The position numbers and the translations under genes are program-made. The notes under the pieces were generated by a model. The model was not told the DNA's origin and searched no databases. It saw nothing but the letters and a program-made list of their open reading frames with translations. Shown in pieces: positions 27,576-37,946 of a stretch of 64,000 bases of DNA. Source of the stretch: Squalus acanthias (taxonomy: Eukaryota); contig CM059432.1 of the NCBI GenBank assembly GCA_030390025.1, positions 19,346,001 to 19,410,000 on the forward strand. The letters run 5' to 3'. Position 1 is the stretch's first letter. Every line of letters begins with the position of its first letter.

Positions 27576-28208
27576 GGGGAAAAAATTGGGTTGGTTTGCG
27601 CCTAGCGCCCAGGTGCGGCGTCGCTAACGCCTCCTGCGAAATTCAGCGGAGGTTAGCGGAGGTGGCAGCTGGTAGCGCCCCGCGCCGGTGCGCCACCAGC
27701 GATGACGTCATCGTCGCGCGCAATACATCGCTTGCACCCCGGCCGCAAACTTCCCTTGCGCCCCCTGACCTATCGCCGCACGATACGTGCGACAGGATCA
27801 GGGGCATTTTTGCTGCGGCTGTGGCGCAATTTAAAGGGCAGGTGTCGGGCGGCCATTTTTATTTTGGGTGACTGCCAGCATCTGCCCCCTTTCGCCTTTG
27901 TATGCGGGGTGCTGGCCGCGATCGCTCAGCCCAGCGCTCCTCTTGAGTGCCGGGCTATTTTCACGGCACCGCGCTCCCCGGTGGTCCAGCAGGGGAGGAG
28001 GCCTGCATGGCGCGGCAGCACGTAGCACTATGAAATTCAGTAGTAGCACCCCAAGCAAGAGGTGGAGCGCTTTCCAGTAGCACCCCACATTCTGCTTGGG
28101 GCGCAAGCACTGAATTTACGGCGGGGTGGGGGAGGGGTGCGCTAACTTTTTCGGGGCGTTAATGGCGACGTTAACGCCCCAAAATGGGCACCACCCAATT
28201 TTTCCCCC
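27576..28208. mobile_element. GC-rich Harbinger-type MITE inserted in a CR1 tail
   Basis: TIRs GGGGAAAAAATTGGGT / ACCCAATTTTTCCCCC, TAT TSD. Confidence 0.8.
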
Positions 28209-28941
28209 TATGATTCTAACTCTGTTCACGGGATACGGGACAGGATCAATGGCAGGTCAAAGTGACAGGCAGAGGTCATCTGGCAGTATCATTCCACCGC
28301 CAGAATTTCTAAGCTTATTAGATTTTACACCTCCACTGCAGCCCTTAAACTGCAGTGTTCAATGTCCTACTTATAAATCTGACGAGAATGAAATATCAAA
28401 ATCTTTTACAACATACATAGCTTGTTCATTAAGGAGGAATCCTCAAGGGGCCAGTGTTTCCATGCCTTCTATCCCTACCTTTATATTCTTTGTTCTGTTG
28501 TGTTTGTTGATGGGATTCTATTAGCTTTAGAAATTTTTGTTACCCTATGGCACAAAGCGTTGAACAATTTGAATGAAAAATACAACTCAATTCAGTCATA
28601 GAAAGAGTGTTCAAGGTGACGGTGACAAAGCTGGATAGAAAAGACACTAAAGTTGAAGCCGAGATCGTTCGGGAGTAATGCTACTTTGCGGGTAGCCACC
28701 ACCAATCCACATTTTTCATTTTTAATTACATTATTGCACAATGACTAAAACATCAATTGAGCCAATTATTAGGGATAGAATCGATTAAATAACCCAAGGT
28801 ACCACTCTCTGTAATAGTATGAGCCATAAGTAGATGTGCTTTGTTGCATTTGAAGCATTTTTAAATCTCTCCTGCCCTGAGTGACTAATCATTTACAATA
28901 ACTCTTCCGTGCATTTTCAGCTCAGTGTGAAACGGTTGGGC

Positions 28942-30615
28942 TGTAAAGTTTCGCAATTATCGCGATTCGAAATAACGAGATAGAAGCAGATTCGTTTGAT
29001 CAGTTTATTTAAACAAAATGCTGTCATGATTAAACAGGACACAGAAGCCTGTAAAATGGCCGCCGCGCATCGTGGCAGAAGTTTCCAGAAGTACAGTGGG
29101 CAGACAAGATGGCGTTCGAATAAACATTTTCGATAAGCACTGATAAAGACAGGATGCAACCTGTTTGCAATTATGACAATAACAAAAGATATGAGTGCTG
29201 GAATCGTTTTCCATGCACAAGTAAGGACCATTGTACTGGGCAATCGAAGGCCCATCCAGACACATCAATACGCAAATACCCTCACGGCTCTACAATGAGA
29301 GAGCCATTCTCGGGTGATTAAACAAGTATTCGGGGGCCCCCAAAACCCAGCCAGGGAGGCTCCTAGCCGGTTCGACAATGGGAAAAACATTAACGGGTAG
29401 TTGGCCAGTCTCAGGTGCTACCGAAACCCGTTAAAGACAAGAATCACCCCATGCTGGGAGTTTTGAGCGCCAATATTTCACAAAGGACAAACATTAAGAT
29501 TTGGGCGGGAGATAAGGGAACACAGCACTATAACTATAGACAACAAATGTCCATCGCTCTCTTACTCCCTTGATTCGATTCTTATTCGCTTGATTCGTGC
29601 TCTTGTTTCTCTGGACTGTTGACTCTGGACTTTTAGCCGCACTGGACGGTTATTCGAATGTTGGGTGGAGCTCAAACGGAACGAGCCGCCTCAACGAAGG
29701 CCGGTAACCGGGTGCACCATCCCGAGTGTCGGTAAACGGTGTTCTGGACCCGAAGGCCCGAAGAGACGAGACGAGACGAGATGAGAAGAGAAGAAGAAGA
29801 ATCCACGTGCCGCCGCGGTCAGTAAACCCCGACCGCGCCGAATTTATACGAACTCTATCAGTTACTGCACGAACTGGTCATAGACTCTTCCTCGAATTTT
29901 ATCGACAACCGGTGTCGATACAGGAAGACTCTTCTTTGAATTCTACCGGTAACTGGTGTCGGTCCAGGAAGACTCTTCTTTGAGTTCTACAGCCGGGCCC
30001 GAGCACTGTCGAGTTCTTCATGACAACGGGGAGCCCAGCCTGCTTGCAGCAGCAGCGAAAGTAAACAAGTGGGGTACAGAGACCCCTCAAAACACGTGAC
30101 AGTCAGGCGCCGCAGCGAAACGAGCCGAGCGCCTCACTTTAAAATTCTCCGAAGTATCATGAGTGGTGAGCATGTTTCACTATCCTACAAATCTAGATGT
30201 AGTGTAGGTATTGATAGGGGAGGGTGGTTTTATTAAGGATAAAGTATAATGTGTTCCCCTTTTTACGATGTGCCGTGCGTTCTTCATTACCATAGACCAA
30301 GCTTTATGAATATATGTATACTTGTACTCTCGTTAATTTGTGCCTATGACATGTACTTCATGATTTTAGACACTATGCAATAAAGATTTCCATTTCGTAC
30401 TATTCAACCGGGTCTATTTGAGTTTTTCTCTGCATTATTGCTCTCGCACCTAAGTCCAGTGTTAGAACCGTAAGGGCGAGTGGGTCGAACCACTCACAGG
30501 TGCTTATTGCAACAAGGCTGGCCGGAGACCAGAGCAAGCAATAGTATTGGGCAACGAAGGCCTAACCCCGCACCAGCATCGTCTGCGATACAAGCATGAC
30601 ACAGAACCCCTTACA
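28942..30615 (+). repeat. 5' LTR
   Basis: Direct repeat of 37947-39620; AATAAA at 30379-30384. Confidence 0.95.
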
Positions 30616-30619
30616 GGAA

Positions 30620-32420
30620 ATGGCGACCACGAAGGGACACTGGCAGCGAGAGAGTAATGTTTTAGACCCTGGTGTGAATAGGCGAAATGTGATGGATGAG
30701 AGGGTAGCCGACTATGTGTTTGGGAAGGTTAACTTAACCAAAAGGTGGATAAGTGACCTACTGATGGATAAGCGTCCGCTAGACGCAGCCATCAAATGGA
30801 CAGGCAGTAAAGAGCATAAGAAGTCGGTGGAGAAAGCGGTCTGGCTGATGTGCTACAAGAAGCAGGTCCAACTTTCTGACCAGGTCATTGTAGCACAGGC
30901 AGCTCAGATCAGGGAATTGGAAGTTGAGATGGAGGAAAAGGTCACGGGAGGACAGAAACTCATTGCATCCTTGAATGCATTACATCAGGAACGCCAGATA
31001 GTAGCCAACCACCATGAGGCTAAAATTGATTACCTAGAGTGTCAGGTCACGGAAGCAAAGTTAAACGAGGGTAGGATTAGAGAACAGTGTGCCCGACTAT
31101 GCTAACCAGATAAAAGCCCAGGAAGAAAGCTTGAAGGGAGTTAGGGCGGCATATAAGATGGCCCTCGAGGATAGGCATGAGGGAGCCGACCACAGTGTTT
31201 GCCAGAAGGAGATAGGGAACCTAAGAGAGGCCCTGAATAAGGCAAACGGCATGGTGTGCCTCATCAGCCCGTCAGCAAACCAGCTACAGGTGGGTGGGGA
31301 ATTCCCAAAATCCCTACCAGACAAAGCAGAGGAGGTATTTGCCACTGCGCCCTCCACGCCACCCAGCTATACGGCAACCTGGGTAAGGGAGGAAGTGGTG
31401 GAAATAGAGAAGGAGGTTCCCGAGGTAGGACAATCCCCAGAGGTAGAGTCGAAACCGGGACCGATGTGTCCGCTCCGAGGTCACAAGAGAGGCCCGAATG
31501 GGGAAAATGGGGAGGACGGGGATGTCCTGAACCAGCTTGTATTGCCTCACAGCTCACACCAGCTGAGAGCAATGATTAGCCATGTACGGAAGCTGTCCGA
31601 ATCAGACGACCCTTCCGTACACTTTAGGGAGGTAGAACAGACCGCAGCAATTAATGGCTGCGACGATGTGGAAAAGACCAAAATGTTGCTGTTCTCGTTA
31701 GATAGCTCGATCCTTCAGTGTCTCTCAGACGAGAGCAAGAGGGGAAATAAAACCTATGAGGAGTTAAGGGACGAGGTCCTAGAAGTGTTAGGGGCGGATG
31801 ACGAAGGTCCGTTCGTCAGATTGAGTCAAACCCTGCAGATGGAGGGAGAACCCCTGAAGGTTTTCGCCGACAGGCTGTGGCCAGTATACCAGCGTAGCTG
31901 CCCAGGTGCGCCAGCGCGCCACCACCTGGACGGTGCCGGTTTAACTCATTGGCTTAGGTGTTTAGTAGCCAACAGTTTGCCAGCCGTCAGGGAGCAGGCC
32001 AAAGCGTGGTTTGATCCCACTAACCCCGCCACAACAGAGGAGTCGGTCCTAAATCGACTCACGATAGGGTATCGGAACACTAGGAGCACGGGAGCGTGTC
32101 CCCTTAAGGGAAAGGTGCGTGAGGCACGGCCCGCAGCCCCGGCTCAAAAGGAGTGGCATCAGGAGGGAAACCGCGCCCCACAAGCCAGTGGTGCTTGTTA
32201 CGGGTGCGGGAAGACAGGTCACTGGCGTAAGAACTGTAGGAACCCCTGGAATGACTCCAGGGATAAAAATCCCGCAGCCCGAACCCAAGCGCCTGTCTCT
32301 GAGAGAAGAGCTGGTGTGCCTATCCATCCCGACGCGATCGAATCAATGTTAGGAGCCATGCGGTCTCTTATGATTTTGCACGGGGAGGTAGCAACAGCCC
32401 CATACAACCCAGACTTCTGA
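30620..32420 (+). CDS. gag: Gag polyprotein with a 1-nt frameshift near 31100
   Basis: ORFs 30596-31105 and 31089-32420; coiled coil, PPSY (31359-70), capsid-like QMEGEPLKVFADRL, CX2CX4HX4C knuckle (32196-32237). Confidence 0.85.
30621..30638 (+). promoter_or_regulatory. Primer binding site, tRNA-Arg(TCG)
   Basis: TGGCGACCACGAAGGGAC is complementary to ...GTCCCTTCGTGGTCG-CCA, the 3' end of a vertebrate tRNA-Arg(TCG) as recalled. Confidence 0.85.
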
Positions 32421-33500
32421 CTGGAACCGGTGCAGCCTGCCTACCTGTGTCCCCTTGAAAGACACGCACAGGAGGGGGTCTCCTGTAAGGAGGCCAGGTT
32501 AAAAGAGCAGGCCTTACGGGAGGAGAACGCCCGCTTAATGGGGAAAATAGATGGGCTAGAAGGGCAGCTTAGAGACATAAAGGCAGCCTACAGGGTAGCC
32601 AGGAGCAGGGAGTATGAGGATTTAAACCATGGGAGAAATCTGCAGCCTCCAGCAGGCGAGATTTCACAGAAGGCACAAGCAGGGGCGGTGGCCTGTCATA
32701 GGGGAGGGGCCAAACCTGCGAGTGGGGACTCTCAGCCCCGGGTAGGACCGCAGGGCACACAGACCGGTAAAGCAGCCTGCGTGAGGGGAGAGGACATTCT
32801 ATAAAAGTGTAGGATCTTTTCTTGGTGTTGGGATTCAGATGAGGAAGAGCTCGAGGAGCTCGACCAAGGTAGTGACCCGATCGGAGAGGTGCTGGGGTCG
32901 GAGGACGGAAGTTTCGTCCTCGACTCAAGCTCAGGGGAGATAGGGGCTGCGAGTGGAAATCCACACAGGGTGGAATCAGAAACTGCAGATCCCGAGCCCA
33001 GGGGGGCGGAGCTAGGGGAGACGGAGCCAGCGACTGTGGTAGGACCACAGGTCGTGACGGTGGAAGTCTCGATACCCGGTCCGTCGGCCCTGGAAGTCTT
33101 GCCCTTGGGGGAGGTAGGGATTGCGAGTGGAGGACCACATACTGGGCCAAGTAGGGTGGAACCAGAAGCTGCAAATCCCGAGTTCAGGGAGGCGGAGCCA
33201 GGGGAGACGGAGCCAGCGGCTGTGGTGGGACCACAGGCTGTGACGGTGGAAGTCTTGGTCCCTGGTCCGTCGGCCCTGGAAATCTTGCCCAATGTAGCCC
33301 TCCGTAGGTCAAGTCGGACACCCCAGCCCAGGAAGCCGTGGTCAAGTCCCCCGTACGCCCCCAGGCGTAAGTTCAAGGTCAAGGCAGCCCAGGGAGATCC
33401 CAGTCCCAGCGCAGCAGCGACAGGCTGCGGCAGATCAAAGGAAGGGGTCAGTGCCCTCCCACCACTGGGAAAAGCTCGTGGCAGCCTTCACAGAATTTAG
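32421..33500 (+). CDS. ORF-X, in frame with gag after TGA; one internal TAA (32802-04); non-enzymatic
   Basis: ORFs 32430-32804 and 32889-33500 share a frame and the gap between them is open; no D(T/S)G, YxDD or DDE motifs. Confidence 0.6.
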
Positions 33501-33767
33501 GTAGGCCGCCCTGGGAACGGGCGGCGCTGTACAGTATAAGTTTATAAGTTTATAAGTTTAAGTTTGTAAGTTTTGTAAGTTTGTAGTTTAATTTTAAAAG
33601 TAAATGGTAAAGTGATGGGAGTTTTAGTGATAGGAATTGAAAGTCTATCCAGCATACATGTCTTTTTACGTGAGACGAGGTCAAGGGACCCGCTCACCCT
33701 TCACAAAAGCCAGAGACTCTTGGGAGGCTGGCTATATCATTTTATCTGATCACAGGAACCAGGAAAG

Positions 33768-34913
33768 ATGGAAAGGATTCTGATAGTGCTCGCAACGATC
33801 GGATATGGATTGGCCTATCGGGGCCTCACCAAGGATGTCGTTGTGTTTGGTTGCTCCGGGGACACGGCCCCCATCGCGACGGATGGGACCGGGGAGCGAA
33901 AGGCTGAGGAGACCGCCACTTATTTCCACAAGGGAAGGTGGCCGGGATGGCTGGGAACAAATTCAACGGAATACTCCAGCGCATCCGGATTTGCTTACAA
34001 AGAGACTTCTTTACTGTGCCCCAGAGTGAGGATCATTGCACCCAGAATCAGCGTCACCGTCGGCAAAAGGATTTGTTTGACATGCAATGGGAAGGTCCCA
34101 ATGAGCCGATGGTGGTGGTTACGGAAGTTAAGCAAGACTATGAGAAATTCCTCGGTTGAGTGGGAGCGATTGGGTAACAATACCCATCGGACAATTACGG
34201 GGACTAACGGACAATTGAAAGTCTGTTGGGACAAATGGTGGGAACTGGATGAGGGAATATATGTTTGTATGTGGGGGTCGAAGTACGTTTGCCCCAAGGG
34301 TATATCCATATTTTTCGTACACCAGTGGCAGGATAACGGGAAAGGGATGAGGTGGGATGTCAGCACAAAGGGGTGCGGAGCTCCATTCACCCCGATCCCG
34401 GTAAACGCCACTGAACTCATCACACGCCCACGCAAGTCTCCGCCCACGATTCCGGTGGTTTTGGCTCAGGAGGAAGGGTGCCCTAAAACCACTAAGGGGC
34501 CCGGGAATGGTTTGGTACTGGTCCCAACAGACCAGATACTATTTCAAGGGGTACATTACGCGGTGGCTTCGGTGATTCTAAATCTCACCAAGATGCATTT
34601 ACCAGAGTGGTGTCCCAAAGAGACGGAACAATTGTACCAGGTCCTGTTGACAAACATGTTCAGACAATTCTACGAGTTTGATTTTGCAGAGATTGACAAA
34701 ACAAGCTTGTACACCACACCACACGAAGTTTTGGGTCAGGTGGGGAGACAGAGAAGGGGCATTGTGAACGATATGTTCACCGCCTTTAATACAGGAACAT
34801 CTGTGGTCAACGCTCTAGACAACGTGGAGCTGCAGACCCAGATCAATGTTTTAAAAACACAATTAAAAAGCATCCTCACAAGCGAAAACAAGGTAGTAGG
34901 GTCTGAGTTACAT
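33768..34913 (+). CDS. env: Env 5' part: signal peptide, Ig-like domain, furin site, fusion peptide, start of heptad repeat
   Basis: MERILIVLATIGYGLA; C...W...DEGIYVC; RQRR|GIVNDMFTAFNTGTSVVN; acceptor ttttatctgatcacag at 33740-55. Confidence 0.85.
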
Positions 34914-36349
34914 GAAACATAGAAACATAGAAACATAGAAAATAGGTACAGGAGTAGACCATTCGGTCCTTCGAGCCTGCACCGCCATTCAATGCGTTCA
35001 TGGCTGAACATGCTACCTCAGTACCCCATTCCTGCTTTCTCGCCATACCCCTTGATCCCCCTAGTTGTGAGTGTTATATCTAACTCCCTTTTGAATATAT
35101 TTAGCGAACTGGCCTCAACAACCTTCTGTGGAAGAGAATTCCATAGATTCACCACTCTCTGGGTGAAGAAGTTCCTCCTCAGTTCAGTCTTAAATGGCTT
35201 CCCCTTAATCCTTAGACTGTGACCCCTGGTTCTAGTTTTCCCTAACATTGGGAACATTCTGCCCACATCTAATTTGTCTAAACCAGTCAGGATTTTAAAT
35301 GTCTCTATAAGATCCCCCCTCATTCTTCTGAACTCCAGAGGATACAAGTTCAGTTGACCCAATCTTTCTTGATATGTCAGTCCGGCCATCCCAGGAATCA
35401 ATCTAGTGAACCTTCGCTGCACTCCCTCAATAGCAAGAATGTCCTTCCTTAAGTTAGGAGACCAAAACTGCGCACAATACTCCAGGTGTGGCCTCACCAA
35501 GGCCCTGTACAACTGCAGCATCACCTCCCTACTCCTGTACTCAAATCCCCTTGCTATGAAGGCCATCATTCCGTTTGCTTTCTTGACTGCCTGCTGCACT
35601 TGCATTCCCACCTTCAGTGACTGATGTACCATGACGCCCAGGTCTCGTTGCACCTCCCCTTTCCCTAATCTGCTACCATTCAGGTAATAGTCCGCCTCTC
35701 TATTTTTACCACCAAAGTGGATAACCTCACATTTATCCACATTGTACTTCATCTGCCATACATTTGCCCATTCACCCAACCTGTCCAAGTCACTCTGTAG
35801 CCTCCTAGCATCCTCCTCATTGTTCACACTGCCTCCCAATTTAGTGTCATCCGCAAATTTGGAGATATTACATTTAATCCCTTCGTCCAAATCATTAATA
35901 TATAATGTAAACAGCTGGGGTCCCAGCACCGAACCCTGCGGTACCCCGCTGGTCACTGCCTGCCATTCTGAAAAGTACCCATTTACTCCTACTCTTTGTT
36001 TCCTGTGTGCCAACCAGTTCTCAATCCACGTCAACACATTACCCCCAATCCCATGTGCTTTAACTTTGCTCACCAATCTCTTGTGTGGGACCTTGTCGAA
36101 GGCCTTCTGAAAGTCCAAATACACCACATCTACTGGTTCCCCCCTGTCCACCCTATTGGAAACATCCTCAAAAAATTCCAGAAGATTTGTCAAGCATGAT
36201 TTCCCTTTCACAAATCCATGCTGACTTGGACCTATCATGTCGCCACTTTCCAAATGGTCTGTTATGACATCTTTAATAATTGCTTCCATCATTTTACCCA
36301 CGACCGATGTCAGGCTGACCGGTCTATAATTCCCTGCTTTCTCCCTCCG
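34914..36349 (-). mobile_element. 5'-truncated CR1 LINE inserted antisense in env
   Basis: Intact 427-aa RT ORF (35018-36301; YLDFQKAFD, GVPQGSVLGP, KFADD); (TTTCTATG)n tail at 34914-34940. Confidence 0.95.
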
Positions 36350-37552
36350 GACCAGGCCATGACACTACACTTAAAAGAAATTATAGCAGAGCTGGAAAAG
36401 CATGCGAGAATGGTAAATGCCCTGATTAGGGAAGATCGGAATGCATCCGATCAAGCTGCGCAGAACAAGGTGTGCGTACTATACGGGGCGTGGTTACTGG
36501 GTGAGGGCCGCAGTAATTTGGAGGATTTAAAACAAGGTTTGGTCCCGTCCTGGATAAGTAACAAACACCTGCAGGCGCTCCACCCTTTTCAGAACGCATT
36601 AAGCCCGTGCCAGCTCAGGCTAGCCTCAGAGGCATACCCAGTCCCCGTGGACTGCGGACGGTCAAACCATACCATCATGGGTATAGTACTACGTATGCCG
36701 GTTTTGGGCGACACAGCAAAGCCCGCCCCGGTGTATCGGGTAGAGAACATTGGTGTCATTCAGGGGGGAGCCCACATTCGCTACGCAGCAGTCCCACCTT
36801 ACGTCATCCGCTGGGAGCAAACGATGACAGGTACCGACCTATCGGGTTGTCGTGGCCGGGGAGCACACATCATCCTGTGTCCCCAGCACTTGAATGCCTT
36901 TTTAACACCACAATGCGGGTTCAGAACGGCTGGCGCGAAGCCCATGAATTGCACCATGGAGGCAATGACCCAAGATCATGTGCCTCCGCAGGTGGCATAC
37001 ATAGGGGGTGGAACATATTGCGTTACCACTGCAGCGCAACACTACCAGCATGGAAACCACAGCCGGTGTCCGGTGAGTGACAGCAGTTTCTGTTTTAAAC
37101 CCAGGGCTGAAGTTCCAGTGGCACAACAGCGAATTGTCCCGATCCCTGAACCATCCACTGTTCACCTTACAGTAAAAGAGAATTTCACCGACTTGCAGCG
37201 ATTCATCGCGCATTTCAGATACATCATTCCCCCTCTCCCTGAACACCTCACCAAGCTTTTGAAAGCCATCATGGTATCACAGAAACATTTTTACACCCTG
37301 GAACAAAAGACTGTAGAAATAGGGACAGAAATTTTGGACATAGTAGTCCCACCGTGGTGGGACCTGTTCACCAATATTGAAGTTCCTTCATGGATCAGGA
37401 TAGCCTCCCACATTTTGGTTGTGTGCCAAGTAGTGATTGTAGTGTACCTACTGGTCGTACACTGCAAAAGAGGCAAACGCCTCACAAAGCAGGAGAACAC
37501 AGGAGAGTGGAGAGAACGTTACATGCGCGTGAACGAGGAAAGTACCGCGTAA
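36350..37552 (+). CDS. env: Env 3' part: heptad repeat, Cys-rich domain, TM anchor, cytoplasmic tail
   Basis: DQAMTLHLKEIIAEL...; many Cys; TM IASHILVVCQVVIVVYLLVV followed by a basic tail; rejoins the 5' part in frame. Confidence 0.85.
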   Translation, partial: DQAMTLHLKEIIAELEKHARMVNALIREDRNASDQAAQNKVCVLYGAWLLGEGRSNLEDLKQGLVPSWISNKHLQALHPFQNALSPCQLRLASEAYPVPVDCGRSNHTIMGIVLRMPVLGDTAKPAPVYRVENIGVIQGGAHIRYAAVPPYVIRWEQTMTGTDLSGCRGRGAHIILCPQHLNAFLTPQCGFRTAGAKPMNCTMEAMTQDHVPPQVAYIGGGTYCVTTAAQHYQHGNHSRCPVSDSSFCFKPRAEVPVAQQRIVPIPEPSTVHLTVKENFTDLQRFIAHFRYIIPPLPEHLTKLLKAIMVSQKHFYTLEQKTVEIGTEILDIVVPPWWDLFTNIEVPSWIRIASHILVVCQVVIVVYLLVVHCKRGKRLTKQENTGEWRERYMRVNEESTA

Positions 37553-37934
37553 ACGGCCAGGATGACACCGCTCCATTTTACCATGTGTGTTTTTGTAATT
37601 GATTGTTAGTTATGAAGATGTGTAACTAAGTTTGGAACTTTGTATTTTTAAAATGGTTGTTTGATTATTTTTCCTTGTATAATAAAAACGTGCATATACA
37701 GGTGGTGCGAGAGGCATCGGCCTGTTGCACCTGGAAGACGTATACGCAATGTAAGTTTAAAGGCAATACTGCCTACGTTTTGTCCAAGGCCAAGCAATGT
37801 AATTTCCCTGGGAAATGAGGACGGCATGGAGGCCATAGATAGTTTAAGTTAAGGGAGTGTTTGGATGTGGAGAATCGGGATAATTTTGCTCACCACCACA
37901 TTTAATTGATACGATAAGCGGAGTTATTCGCATC

Positions 37935-37946
37935 AACAGGAGGGAC
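37935..37946 (+). promoter_or_regulatory. Polypurine tract
   Basis: AACAGGAGGGAC immediately before the 3' LTR. Confidence 0.75.

Noticed and set aside
30596..30619. ATG at 30596 as the gag start
   Set aside because: It lies in U5 and the 3' LTR has ACG at the same position, so it is probably a mutation; 30620 or 30692 are better candidates.
31089..31105. Programmed frameshift in gag
   Set aside because: No slippery heptamer is visible; a 1-nt insertion or sequencing error is simpler.
32569..33382. Antisense ORFs of 201 and 216 aa in the provirus
   Set aside because: They shadow a GC-rich repetitive sense ORF and show no recognisable domain.
35018..36301. RT inside the provirus as its pol
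   Set aside because: It is a non-LTR CR1-type RT, antisense, with its own 3' tail; it is a later insertion.
36218..36349. N-terminal 44 aa of the 444-aa ORF
   Set aside because: This is antisense CR1 sequence; env resumes at 36350.
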